Assembly (NCBI GenBank): GCA_951406725.2
Contig: OX597842.1
Coordinates: 32,922,001-32,986,000, forward strand
Length of the DNA stretch: 64,000 bases
Direction of reading: 5' to 3'
DNA from: Octopus vulgaris
Lineage: Eukaryota
Part shown: positions 14,901 through 30,912 of the stretch, piece by piece
Position numbering within the stretch: position 1 is the stretch's first letter
How the letters are laid out: each line of letters starts with the position of its first letter
Made by a program: the position numbers and the translations under genes
Notes under the pieces: generated by a model
Databases searched by the model: none
What the model saw: the letters and a program-made list of their open reading frames with translations, nothing else
Told to the model about the DNA's origin: nothing

Positions 14901-15198
14901 AAAAAACAACAGAAAAACAAAAAAAAAACTGAAACACCACCATTCGAACCACTAACCTATAGCATCCCGAATAATTTTTATCATCTAAACTGGAACAGAA
15001 ATATCTACCAAACGAATATAAATCGTGATTTCTCAGCAATAATATCAATAATTGATGAAAAATCGAATTTTCTAACGATAAAAATCTTTTATATTATAAA
15101 CTTCTAAAAAGAGGTTTTAAGTGTCGTCTGCTGTTTTTGAAATTTTTGCGCGGGAGGTAAATTTCAAAACAAAATGTCTGACGCTTTTATTATTATTA

Positions 15199-15252
<54 letters not shown>

Positions 15253-15548
15253 GTTTTTTTGGTTTGGGAAGTTTATAATTATTTAGTTTTTTGTATTTTT
15301 GGTCGTTCAAAGTGAAATTGTGGTTTAATGTGAAAGCTTTTCAAAAAGAAATTGAATATACTTACATGCTTGTGTGTATATGTGTGTATATATGTCTACC
15401 TACATACATACACACATATATACATATTAAAAATCTATCTATCTATCTATCTATATATGAATATATATTTACATTTATTAACATATACACTGTTATATAT
15501 ATATTTATGAATATAAAAATAATTATATGAACACCATTACTATATGTG

Positions 15549-15581
<33 letters not shown>

Positions 15582-15690
15582 ATATATATATGTGCATAGA
15601 CACTTTCATCTTTATACACACATATATATTAATACATATATGTATAAACGTATATATCTATATGTATGTATATATCTATATATATATATA

Positions 15691-15761
<71 letters not shown>

Positions 15762-16066
15762 ATGTATGTGTATGTATATGTTTATTTACTAATGTGTATA
15801 TTTGTATAAATGTATACATTCGTAAATTTCTTTATGGGCTCATATTTATATGTATTTATATTTATTTAAATTGATATTTATAGACACATTTATAAACTGA
15901 TATCAACAAACCTACAAAGGAGACCGATATATATAATTATACACACACACACAAATATATATATCTATATATATATATATATATATAATCTACATATCTA
16001 TTGTATATATATAAGTATGTATGTATATAACTAGGTATATCTATAAGTAAGTATGTATGTATAGAA

Positions 16067-16126
<60 letters not shown>

Positions 16127-16326
16127 TTAAAATATACATATGCATAAGCAAAGATAATGTCTGATTGAATAGACGTTACGGTCGGCGTATAGAATTATTG
16201 GATCTGGTTTTCATATCTAAATATATATATTCTTTAATATATCCTGTCAAAACTTTCTGGCACTCTGAGACAGTCGTTGTTCTTCTAGTATATAAAGTAA
16301 AGCTTTCTATATACATACATGCATAC

Positions 16327-16380
<54 letters not shown>

Positions 16381-16399
16381 CTATATTTATATATATCTA

Positions 16400-16578
<179 letters not shown>

Positions 16579-16593
16579 ATATTTGTATGTATA

Positions 16594-16758
16594 GGCGCAA
16601 GTGCGGCAGTGTGGTAAGTTGCTGCCTTCCCAACCATATGGTTCCGGGTTCAGTCCCACTGCGTGTCACCTTGGGCAAGTGTCTTCTACTATAGCCTCGA
16701 GCCGACCAAAGCGTTCTGAGTGGATTTGGTAGACGGAAACTGAAAGAAGCCCGCCGTA

Positions 16759-16801
<43 letters not shown>

Positions 16802-17023
16802 ATGTGTGTGTGTATGTTTGCGTATATGTGTTTGTCTCCCCACCATCAGTTGACAATCGATGCTGATGTGTATATGTCCCCATAACCTTGCGGTTCGGCA
16901 AAGAAGAGCGATATAATAAGTGCTAGGATTACAAAGTATTAGTCCTGGTGTTGATTCGTTGAACTGAAGGCTGTGCTTCAGCATGGCCGCAGTCAAATGA
17001 CTGAAACAAGTGAACAATAAAAG
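16594..17023 (+). mobile_element. Family A SINE, full length
   Basis: Head ggcgcaagtgcggcagtgtggtaag...ggttcagtccc; tail cagtcaaatgactgaaacaag. Confidence 0.85.
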
Positions 17024-17057
17024 AATATATATATATATATATATATATATATCTTTT

Positions 17058-17443
<386 letters not shown>

Positions 17444-18242
17444 TGTATACTTCTACACAGATTTAGAATGACCCGTAGAGATGAGGCGTCGCTTATCCAT
17501 CCACAAATACAGGCGCACGTATACACAATATATACATGTTATATAATATATACGTATGTTTGTATATACATATATATATGTATATATATATATATATTTT
17601 ATATATAAAATTATGTGTATGTATATACTGTGTAACAGATAGTTTACACGGTGACAACGTCGTTGTGGACGGCAGCGCCGGGGTAAAGAAAACAGAGGTC
17701 ACGTGATATTATTGATACCGTTTCATGAGACGAGAAAAAACACATAACTAAAATTTTAAAATCAATAATATTAATTTTATATTTTTTCATTCATTTATAG
17801 TATATTTTCACATTATAATTATATTTATTTAATCAAATTCCTTTCATTTTTTACGTGTCGTCTGGTTTCACTTTCAATGTATCGTCTGCTCTTTAGGAAA
17901 CTCAACGAAATGAGAATATAAGCCGTATATTGAATTTATATGACATTAAAAAAATCATAATTGTCAACATATTTTGTACGTCCTGGAATTCAAGAATGGA
18001 TGAACTGAAAGTTGTTGATGTAGTCACAATAAAAAAAATCATGGTCGTTTGCCAAAATTGTTAAAGAATCGATTAATATGCTTTGTACATACTTGTTACT
18101 GATGACGCTGAGGGACGCAAATATCCCTCATCTAGTTATTCTACCTCTGCTCTTAGAAGTTTTTCTTCGTCTGCTATATTATTAGACTATAGGAGATGCT
18201 GTCTCAAGACGAATATCGTTATTTTGTGACTTTCTGAAAGTA

Positions 18243-19104
18243 TTGGGTTGTTCAGAAAGTTCGTGCCGATTTTTAAAGAAAAGAAAAACTTCAATAAATG
18301 TTTGCCATTACATTTTTAATCAACTAAATATGAACCATTTTGTTGCACAATGCATCTCCATCTTTCCTTTAACTCGAAAATACCCTCTTCCCAGAATTGA
18401 GACGGTTTCATGGCAAAGAATCCATCAAGGTATCTTTTTACGTCATCCAAGGAATTGAAATGTTTACCATGAAGACTATTCTGCAAAGACCTGAATAAGT
18501 GGAAATCTTCCTGTCTGTCTGTCTGTCTATATCTATCTATTGGTTTGTCTGGAAAGTTTGTGCCAATTTTTAAAGGAAAAAAAACGTCAATAAATACTTG
18601 CCATTACATTTTTAATCAACCAAATATTAACCATTTTGTTGCACAATGCGTCTCCATCTTTCCTTTAACTTGAAAATACCCTCTTCCAAGAATTGAGGTG
18701 GTTTCATGGCAAAGAATTCATCAAGGTATCTTTTTCCATCATCCAAGGAATTGAAATTTTTACCATTAAGACTATTTTTCAAAGACCTGAATAAGTAGAA
18801 ATCCGAAGGAGCAATATCTGGCGAATATGGAGGGTGAGGTAACACATCCCAGCCGAACTACAGCAATTTTTGTCTGGTTCCCAAAGCATCAAGTGCCGAA
18901 AATGAACTTTCTTATCTTCCATTTTAAAGGGTTACAGGATTAATACAGGTTATAGGAACATAAACCTTCTTCCACGAAAAGATAGCTTAAACTGTGCTCT
19001 AAATGGAGGTGTAGTAAAATCCTATTTTATAGATTCAACCATGTTCTAAAATAAGTCGGAAAGTAAGCTACTATAAATCGGCACGAACTTTCCGAACAAC
19101 CCAA
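18243..19104 (-). mobile_element. Internally deleted mariner element with duplicated 3' end
   Basis: TIRs ttgggttgttcagaaagttcgtgccgattt / aaatcggcacgaactttccgaacaacccaa; TA target duplication; 18243-18510 repeated at ~18540-18805. Confidence 0.9.
18627..18845 (-). pseudogene. Mariner transposase C-terminal remnant
   Basis: LPHPPYSPDIAPSDFYLFRSL (YSPDLAPxD motif). Confidence 0.9.
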
Positions 19105-19699
19105 TATATCCACGTTAAGTAAATCATACAGCATGCTATTTCGTACTAATAATCCTTCTATTGCTCATAGCATATTTTTACTCAGTCTAACCGCTATATG
19201 TGACTTCGTTGATTTGTTAATATGTATAAGCTACTGATGACGTACAGTAACACAGAAATCCCGGATCAAGCAAATCTACCACCACCGTTGGAGAGGTTCT
19301 TCTGCTGCTGATGTTCTGCGCTTTTTAGCCATAGACGTCTATACAAGATATTTTCATAAGGCGAATATTGAAGTCTTGTTGCGTTCTTACAGTATATCCA
19401 CATTAAGTAAGGCATATCGATTGCCATTTTGAACTGGTATTGCTTCCGACACTAATAACTAATTTTTACCCACACAGCCAGTTATTTGCGACACAAGTGA
19501 TTTATTAATCTGTATTTTTCCGTATCGATAGAAACAAAATCTATCACATCATGCAATTGATAATGGGTACTAGCTACTGATGAGGTGCAAAGACGTAGAA
19601 ATTCTGGACCTAGCTATACAACAACCCCTGTTGCAGGCTTTTCTGTTTTTTTGGTGCTGTCAAACCTTTGTGCTTTTTAGCACTATATGTCTATTTCAA

Positions 19700-19778
19700 A
19701 GGCCACGTCTGGGAATCGAACTCACAGTCTCACGATCGTATGCTCGACGCCCCAGCCACTGATCCATGCGCTTTCACA
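19700..19778 (-). mobile_element. tRNA-derived SINE head fragment
   Basis: gggaatcgaactcac...ccactgatccatgcgc (reverse complement of B and A boxes). Confidence 0.65.
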
Positions 19779-19789
19779 ACAATAATTAC

Positions 19790-20843
19790 AACAATAATTA
19801 CAGCCACTAATACTAACTTTTATACTATATATTAGATAGTGTAGCCCTAGATACACTATGCCTGAATAAAAGAGGGGATGGTCACAGCTGGAACATCTTT
19901 GGTCATAGGTCTGTCAGGACCAGGACTGACCAGGGGTCAAACAACTACAAAAACAACAAGAACTATATCCATTATTACTAACTACCCTACTATACATTGG
20001 ATAATGTAGTCCTAGATACACCATGTCTGAGTAAAAGACGGGATGGTCACAGACGGAACATCTTCGATCATTGATCTGTCAGGATCAAGACTGGCCTGGT
20101 GCTAAACAACAACAACAACTATAGCCACTTAATAACTACTATACTGTACATTAGATAATGTAGTCCTAGATACACTTTGCCTGAATAAAAGATGGGATGG
20201 TCACAGCTGGAACATCTTTGATCATAGGTCTATCTGGATAAGGACTGACTTGGGGCTAAACAACAACATCGACCATAGCCACTAATACCAGCTACTGAAC
20301 ATTAGATAATGTAGTCCTAGATATACTATGCCTGAATAAAAGATGGGATGGTCACAGCTAGAAAATCTTTGATTATAGGTCTGCATGGACCAGGATTGAC
20401 CTGGGGTTAAACAATAACACCTATTGTCACTAATACTAACTACTATACATTAGATAATGTAGTCCTAGATACACTAAGCCTGAATAAAAGATGGGATGGT
20501 CACAGCTGGAACATCTTTGATCATAGGTCCCTCTACTGGATCGGGATTGACCTTGGGCTAAACAACAACAATTATAGCCACTAATACTAACTCCTATACT
20601 ATACATTAGATATCGTGCTCCTAGATACACTATGTCTCAATAAAAGATGGATTGGTCACGGCTAGAACATCTTTGATCATAGGTCTGTTATGGTCAGGAC
20701 TGACCTTGGGCTAAATAACAAAAACAACAACTATAGCCACTAATACTAAAAACTATACTATACATTAGATAATGTAGTCCTAGATACACTATGCCTGAAT
20801 AAAAGATGGGATGGTCACGGCTGGAACATCTTTGATCATAGGT
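19790..20843 (+). repeat. Tandem array (7 units) of the ~153-bp repeat
   Basis: gata(a/g)tgtag anchor at ~19835, 20000, 20154, 20305, 20453, 20609, 20768. Confidence 0.9.
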
Positions 20844-21226
20844 TTCCGCGGATAACATCAACGCTGGGACTATGCAAAAACAACAACAACAACAACAACA
20901 ATAGCAGTGGAAGCGGCAGCAGCAGCAGCGGCAACAACCGTAGTCTTTAACCTAACTCGCGAACGTTTTATCATGTTTAACTAAATAATGGCGTCACCCA
21001 CGATTTAACCCAAGAACTCCCATGAGCCTCCTCTTCATCTTTTCCTCTTTTGATAAATCGACATTTCAGCCATTTTGAAGTTATTTATATTCTGTTACGT
21101 TATGTTATACGATTTTTTATATATTTGTTTATTTTTTAGGGTTATTCATTATTTTAAGATTATGTAGTTGGAGATATTGTTGTTATTGTTGGTGCCGTCC
21201 GTGTTTGTTGTTTGAGGGAGTTTGCG

Positions 21227-21730
21227 TATGATCAAAGATGTTCCAGCCGTGACCATCCCATTTTTTATTCAGACATAGTATATCTAGGACTCCATCATCT
21301 AATGTATAGTATAGTTTTTAGTATTAGTGGTTGTTGTTGTTTAACTCCAGGTCAGTCCTGATCCAGACTGACCTATGATCAAAGACGTTCCAGCTGTGAC
21401 CATCCCATTTTTTGAAATTCAGGCATAGTGTATCTAGGACTACATTATCTAATGTAAATATAGTAGTTAGTATTAGTGGCTGTTATTGTTGTTGTTGTTT
21501 AACCCCAGGTCAGTGCTGATCCAGACAGACCTATGATCAAAGATGTTCCAGCTGTGGCCATCCCTCCTTTTATTCAGGCATAGTGTATCTAGGACTACAT
21601 TATCTAATGTATAGTAGAGTAGTTAGTACTAGTGGCTATAGATGTTGTTGTTTAACCCCAGGTCAGCTCTGATCCAGACAGACCTATGATCAAAGATGTT
21701 CCAGCCGTGACCATCCCATCTTATATTCGG
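21227..21730 (-). repeat. Tandem array (~3.3 units) of the ~153-bp repeat, opposite orientation
   Basis: Reverse complement of the unit (tatgatcaaagatgttccagctgtgaccatccc...). Confidence 0.9.
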
Positions 21731-21911
21731 ACATATTGGAATAAGCACTGGGATTTAAAAAAAGTCAGACCTGAGATCGATTTATTCGACAATAAACATT
21801 CAAGGTGGTGCTGCAGCATGGCCACAGTCAAATTACCGACACAAATAAAAGATGTATATATACATATATGAATGCACATATAGAACGCCATCTGCAATTC
21901 TCTCTTTCTCT

Positions 21912-23246
21912 TTCTCTTTTACTTGTTTCAGTCATTTGACTGCGGCCATGCTGGAGCACCACCTTTAGTCGAGCAACTCGACCCTGGGACTTATTCTTTG
22001 TAAGCCCAGTACTTATTTTATCGGTCTCTTTTGCCGAACCGCTAAGTTACGGAGACGTAAACACACCAGCATCGGTTGTCAAGCAATGCTAGGGGGAGAA
22101 ACACAGACACACAAACACACACGCACATATATATATATACACATATATACGACGGGCTTCTTTCAGTTTCCGTCTACCAAATCCACTCACAAGGGTTTGG
22201 TCGGCCCGAGGCTATAGTAGAAGACACTTGCCCAAGATGCCAAGCAGTGGGACTGAACCCGGAACCATGTGGTTGGTTAGCAAGCTACTTACCACACAGC
22301 CACTACTGCGCCTATATATATATATATATACATATATACGACGGGCTTCTTTCAGGGTCCGTCTAGCAAAATCCACTCACAAGGCTCTGGTCGGCCCGAG
22401 GCTATAGTAGAAGACACTTGCCCAAGATGCTACGCAGTGGGACTGAACCTGGAACCATGTGGTTGGTTAGCAAGCTACTTACCACACAGCCACTCCTGCG
22501 CCTATATATATATATATATATACATATATACAACGGGCTTCTTTCAGTTTCCGTCTACCAAATCCACTCACAAGTCTCTGGTCGGCTCGAGGATATAGTA
22601 GAAGACACTTGCCCAAGATGCCACGCAGTGGGACTGAACCCGGAACCATGTGGTTGGTTAGCAAGCTACTTACCACACAGCCACTCCTGCGCCAATATAT
22701 ATATACATATATACGGTGGGCTTCATTCAGTTTCCGTCTACCAAATCCACTCACAGGGCTTTGGTCAGCCCGAGGCTATAGTAGAAGACAATTGCCCAAG
22801 ATGCCACGCAGTGGGACTGAACCCGGAACCATGTGGTTGGTTAGCAAGCTACTTACCACACAGCCACTCCTGCGCCAATATATATATACATATATACGAC
22901 GGGCTTCTTTCAGTTTCTGTCTACCAAATCCACTCACAGGGCTCTGGTCGGCCCGAGGCTATAGTAAAAGACACTTGCCCAAGATGCCACGCAGTGGGAC
23001 TGAACCCGGAACCATGTGGTTGGTTAGCAAGCTACTTACCACACAGCCACTCCTGCGCCTATATATATATATATATACATATATACGACGGGCTTCTTTC
23101 AGTTTCCATCTACCAAATCCACTCACAAGGCTCTGGTCGGCCCGAGGCTATAGTAGAAGACGCTTGCCCAAGATGCCACGCAGTGGGACTGAACTCGGAA
23201 CCATGTGGTTGGTTAGCAAGCTACTTACCGTGCAGCCACTCCTGCG

Positions 23247-23310
<64 letters not shown>

Positions 23311-23520
23311 TACGACGGGCTTCTGAAAGCGGTTGTCAAGCAATGCTAGGGGGACAAACACAGACACACAAACACACACACATACATATATATATATACA
23401 TATATACGACGTGCTTCTTTCAGTTTCTGTCTACCAAATCCACTCACAAGGCTTTGGTCGGCCCGAGGCTATAGTAGAAGACACTTGCCCAAGGTGCCAC
23501 GCAGTAGGACTGAACCCGGA
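21912..23520 (-). mobile_element. Family A SINE followed by a tandem array of its head (6 complete ~185-bp units plus a truncated one)
   Basis: Units begin ~22148, 22338, 22530, 22712, 22896, 23084 and 23405, separated by (AT)n. Confidence 0.9.
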
Positions 23521-24104
23521 GTTGTTGTTTTACTCAGGACTTTTGTCTTCATTAAACAGAAGTGAAATGAGACGAGACTGGTTACTATTTCTTGCAAGGA
23601 AGTTTGTGAGACAAAAAATGGAAATAAAATACTCACTGATAGCCGCGTCATGTTAACAAATTTAACAAAACATACAAATAGATATTTGTTGTTATTATTA
23701 TTATTGTTGTCGTTGTTGTTGTTGTCAATCCAAAATAGATTAGTCAACAATAGAAAACAACAATAAGAGGAGGCACAATGAAATAAGACAATAAAACAAC
23801 AAGAGGCAAAAATGAGAACAAAAAAAAAAAAGAAATAGAATTCGATGAAAGAATCAAGAAAAAAAAAAGCGAAACAAAACAAAATAAAAAACGAAACGAA
23901 AAGAAAAAGAGACAAAATGGACGCGACGAAAAGCTTCCATCGGTTCAGTGAGAATGCAAAGGATTATGGGAATTATTATGGGGTCACGTGGTTGTAGTAA
24001 TATTTGGTAGATTTTGCTGATTTTTTTCTCAATACAAGGTGGCTAAGGGGAGTATCGATGAGTTGGAAACAAACAAATATAGGGAAATCTGTATTGTGGA
24101 GTTT

Positions 24105-24212
<108 letters not shown>

Positions 24213-24432
24213 TTATAAATTTTCACATATATAAAAGCAGATATATATATGTATATATATACATATACATATGTACATATATATATATATATACACATTC
24301 TCAATCATTTTATAATTCGCCACTTCCCTCCCTCACGTTATATCTCATTTTGATACGTTATATATATTTCCGGGATCTCCGACACACATGCATATATGTA
24401 TGTACATACATACATACATACATACATACACA

Positions 24433-24473
<41 letters not shown>

Positions 24474-24589
24474 ATGTATATATATATATATATATATAAA
24501 TACACACATACATATATATACATATATATGCACATATATATCTATATTTATCGATATATACATATTGATATATATTTATATGTACAAAC

Positions 24590-24664
<75 letters not shown>

Positions 24665-25237
24665 TAATAACTGCATATAGGTATATATGATTTTACCCAT
24701 ATTATTTATATCCAAATACATGTATGTATATATTATATGTATGTGCGTGTGTATGTATGTATTTATGTATATATACACAGCCATACATATGGGGGATTGT
24801 GTGTGAGTGTATACGTATAAGGTTCGATTTATTTCATATTAAAAGAATTCTGTGTATATGTGAAGATATATGTATATATATATATACATATATACATATA
24901 TATATAGGGAGAGAGTGAGACAGACAGACAGACAGAGAGGAGTAGGATGCGGGAGGTCGTTACCAGTAAAAGATATACAAATATTTACTATAAACGAATG
25001 TATACATGATATATAAATGCAATATAAATAATATGCCCCCCACCCACCATACACACATATGTAGATATACCGTGAAACATAAGTCTTGTTTGATATTAAA
25101 GAACGAAATTTAGGTCGATATTGGTAGGAGGTGCCCCAGCGCGGACGTGTTCTGCTGACCTACAATTCTTGAAAGAGTACAATGTATTATTGTTTATATA
25201 TATATATCTGAAGACACACACACTCAACAATGCGTAC

Positions 25238-25291
<54 letters not shown>

Positions 25292-25623
25292 ATATGTATA
25301 TATGTGCGTTTGTGTACATATAGATATATAAGTATAGGTATGCATATATATAAAAATATATTTATGTGTATGTATATATATACATATATATAGCAGATTA
25401 AAAATGTAATGTGTATATATATATATATAGATATGTGTGTGTGGAAAATTAAAGTGCGTGTGTAACTGTCGACATATACAGACAGTAGACGAAATGAATA
25501 GATAGATATGTGTATATATATACACACAAATACACACACAATGACAAGCAATTAAAATAATATGTGATCTATCTATCAATCAAATTATCTATATATATAT
25601 ATATATATGCATATATATACAAA

Positions 25624-25659
<36 letters not shown>

Positions 25660-25914
25660 ATTTATTTATATATAATAGTACATTTCATCATATACAATAA
25701 TCATAACACTTGTAGTTATATATATGTATATACACATATGTAAATGCACACATACACATACATACACACATATATATATATATATATAATATTTTCTAAA
25801 CAAAAATGTTCCGGTGCTCACGTATCATGGTACCACATGTTCAAACGCCACCTACCCAAGGAAGAACATGAAAAAACGTTTACAGAATTTCTGAAAAGTA
25901 GTGATTCATATACA

Positions 25915-26060
<146 letters not shown>

Positions 26061-26148
26061 CTCTCTATATATATATGTGTGTATGTGTGTGTGTGTGTTT
26101 GTGTATATGTATATATATTTTATATATATATATATGCATGTATATATA

Positions 26149-26468
26149 AGCAATAGTAAATCTCTGAACGAGGTATAAACAGTAACTGCAACACATTGTG
26201 AAGTATATTTGCCACTTAAATGTGGCTAACCCCTAAGGGTGGATGCTGCTGTAGCTTTTTGTCCCAGAAGGACACTTCCTCCAGCTGGCTATAGACACAC
26301 TTTCTGTGCCCTATCAGTATTTGCAAACGGAAGCCATCTTTCCCGTCTTCAACCTATGACACACACGGACACGAGTTTCTGGATATTTGACCCGTCATCA
26401 GCGCACGACAATACTTCACGATGTGTTGCAGCTACTGTTTATTCCTCGCTCAGAGATTTATTATTGCT
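26149..26468. mobile_element. Short element with 58-bp inverted termini containing a hammerhead motif
   Basis: 26149-26206 is the imperfect reverse complement of 26411-26468. Confidence 0.7.
26363..26407 (-). ncRNA. Minimal type I hammerhead ribozyme (degenerate stems)
   Basis: Minus strand: gtgcg CTGATGA cgggtcaaatatcca GAAAC tcgt GTC cgtgt. Confidence 0.6.
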
Positions 26469-26608
26469 CGTTTACACTTTTTCGATATCAGTGACTTTTC
26501 GTCACTGGAAAAAAAAGATATATATTTGCAGAGGAAGGCCTACTTTTCATCGACAACGCGTCATGGTACTGCATCAGGTCATATTCTTATCATCATCATC
26601 ATTATTAA

Positions 26609-26710
<102 letters not shown>

Positions 26711-26725
26711 TATTATTATTATTAA

Positions 26726-26818
<93 letters not shown>

Positions 26819-26853
26819 CATTATTATTATTATCATTATCATTATTATTATTA

Positions 26854-26971
<118 letters not shown>

Positions 26972-26973
26972 TA

Positions 26974-27004
<31 letters not shown>

Positions 27005-27011
27005 ATTATTA

Positions 27012-27045
<34 letters not shown>

Positions 27046-27091
27046 CATTATTATTATTATTATTATTATTATCATTATTATTATTATTATT

Positions 27092-27636
<545 letters not shown>

Positions 27637-27677
27637 TATTATTATTATTATTATTATTAATATCATTATTATTATCA

Positions 27678-27742
<65 letters not shown>

Positions 27743-27744
27743 CA

Positions 27745-27952
27745 AGGCGGCGAGTTCGCAGAATCATTAGCGTGGCACCGGCCGAACTCTCTTAGCAGTA
27801 TATAGTTTGTCTTCTGAGTTCAGGTACCACCGGGGTCGACTTTGCCTTCCAACATTTTAGGATCGATAAAGTACCGGTGAAACACTGGGGTCGATACGAT
27901 CAACTCATCACCTCCAGCCAAAATGCCTACTCCCTGTGCCAAAATTTGAAAC

Positions 27953-27955
<3 letters not shown>
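27745..27955 (+). mobile_element. Diverged family B SINE
   Basis: ggcggcgagttcgcagaatc...ggtcgactttgccttcc...gatcgataaagtaccgg. Confidence 0.7.
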
Positions 27956-27985
<30 letters not shown>

Positions 27986-28026
27986 CATTATTATTATTAT
28001 TATCATTATTATTATTATTATCATCA

Positions 28027-28057
<31 letters not shown>

Positions 28058-28161
28058 TATTATTATTATTATTATTATTAATATTATTATTATTATTAGT
28101 AGTAGTATTAGTATTATTATTATTATTATTATCATCATTATTATTATCATCATTATTATTA

Positions 28162-28211
<50 letters not shown>

Positions 28212-28783
28212 GTTATCGTCTATGCATAAATCAGTAGGGAGCTTTGTGACAGGAAAGGGGTCAAGAAGGATTCTCAAGAAGTCTCCCTAAACATTAAGAG
28301 GGAAACGCTAGATCTCTGCAGCGATAGAAGGGGTCGATAATGATTTAGTAATAAATAAAGTGATTGAACAAATAGATCGATATTTGATGTGTAGACAGCA
28401 AATGCGACCCCTGGTGGCATTCCACGAAAATTATTACTTTGAAATGTCTGCCATTATGTCACATAAGGCATGTGTCAAACATACATCATATATATATATA
28501 TATATACATATATATATGTATATATATGTATATATATATATATATATATATACATATATATACATATATATATGTATATATAAATGTATATATATATACA
28601 TATATATACATATATATATATGTATATATATGTGTGTGTGTGCATATATGTATATGCTTCTATATATATATATATATATATACAAATGTATATACATATA
28701 TATATGCGTATATATATATTATATATATACATATATATAGATACATATATATGTGTATGTGTATATAAATATATATATACGTG

Positions 28784-28814
<31 letters not shown>

Positions 28815-29163
28815 ATATAAATATAGACACGTGTGAACGGATGGAGGGAACGAAGAAGTGAAAGAGAGAGGCGGTGAGACGGTGGAAAGGGGGATGGGGT
28901 GAGAGGAGATCTTAAAAACAAAGTGATGGAGCTTTTATGAAGGGTATATTAACTAATCTCCACATCATATAATACAATGATGTAGATCGAATTCATCAAT
29001 AAAATGTTAAATTGAATAAATTAAAATACGCTTTTATATAACGTAAAGGCACACACATAGGAACATATATATATGCCGATAAATATATATATGTATATAT
29101 TTATGTGTGTATAGATATACATATATATGTATATATATATATGTATATATATATATGTATATA

Positions 29164-29222
<59 letters not shown>

Positions 29223-29321
29223 ACATATATACGTATATATAAATATATACGCATATATACATCTATAAATATATATATATATACATATATGTATAAAATA
29301 TATATACAAATATATGTATAC

Positions 29322-29358
<37 letters not shown>

Positions 29359-29551
29359 TAAATATATATAAAAGTATGTTATATAATTATATATATACGT
29401 ATATATACATATGTATATACGTATATATAAATATATGTATATATATACAAATATATATACATGTATATATATAAATGTATATATACATATTTATATATAT
29501 ACATATATACGTATATATGAATATATTTATATACATATGTGTGTGTGTGTG

Positions 29552-29594
<43 letters not shown>

Positions 29595-29608
29595 TATATA
29601 CTCACATA

Positions 29609-29690
<82 letters not shown>

Positions 29691-29957
29691 TACATATACA
29701 CATGATGTGTTTCCAGTCGAAGAAGGTTTGTGCTTTGCTGAATGTTTTAAGAGAAAGTTAAATACATTTGACTTCTGAAATAGTGGACAGAGAAGCAGGA
29801 AAAGTTGTGGACATTACGTAAATTCCATTTAATTGAGGGAATTAAGAATGAAGTGTGAAGAAGAATGAGTGTTTATCCGTTTACCTTACATTAAAGTATG
29901 CTTATATGCGTATGTATGTATACGTGTGTATGTATATCAATGTGTGTGTATGTACAT

Positions 29958-30010
<53 letters not shown>

Positions 30011-30074
30011 CATACATACATATATATATATATATTTATATATATGTATGTATGTATATGTATATGTACAAATG

Positions 30075-30124
<50 letters not shown>

Positions 30125-30268
30125 CGTTTATTTCATTGCGTCATTATATATAGAATGGAATTGTTGTAAATTCTACACATTTCCAAACGTAATTTATACA
30201 TCCTTTTATACGTTCATATATGCATATATAATGATATAAATATACATACACACAGAGACGTATGTATA

Positions 30269-30343
<75 letters not shown>

Positions 30344-30376
30344 ATCTATATATATATATGATTTTGATTTTGATTT

Positions 30377-30455
30377 TTCCAGTTTCAGCTAATGAGCTGT
30401 GGCCATGCTGGGGCACCGCCATTTGGTTTGCTACACGGTTTTACCTCACGGGTAC
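30377..30455 (-). mobile_element. LINE L1 3'-tail-only insertion
   Basis: agtttcagctaatgagctgtggccatgctggggcaccgccattt; another at 49747-49795. Confidence 0.7.
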
Positions 30456-30544
30456 TTTTTATATATATAAATATATATATATATGTAGGTATATATATAA
30501 ATAAATCTGTAGATATATATGCATATAAACAAATATGTATATAC

Positions 30545-30618
<74 letters not shown>

Positions 30619-30805
30619 GTATATATATTTATATATCTTAATAGTACAATTGCCCCAATGATAACTATCCCGTAGGACAATTACACCAATAGTTTAATCA
30701 CCCTCGCTCTTAATATATTAAGAAGTTTTAACTCATGTTGTCCTCAGGGTTACATGTCCTTGGGGGAAGGGGTTATTGTTCATGTTGTGTAAAAGTCCTT
30801 TACTC

Positions 30806-30912
<107 letters not shown>

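Larger units (their letters stand above)
17900..19680 (+). repeat. Old diverged tandem repeat (~270-340 bp units), each unit with CTGATGA; split by the mariner
   Basis: Aligned blocks ctgatga at 18099, 19234 and 19577; gtatatccac(g/a)ttaagtaa blocks are shared. Confidence 0.6.

Noticed and set aside
19790-20843. CRISPR-like appearance of regular repeats
   Set aside because: The whole ~153-bp unit repeats, there are no unique spacers or cas genes, and the context is eukaryotic
22418-23349. 302-aa and 246-aa repeat-protein ORFs
   Set aside because: Antisense read-through of tandem SINE heads
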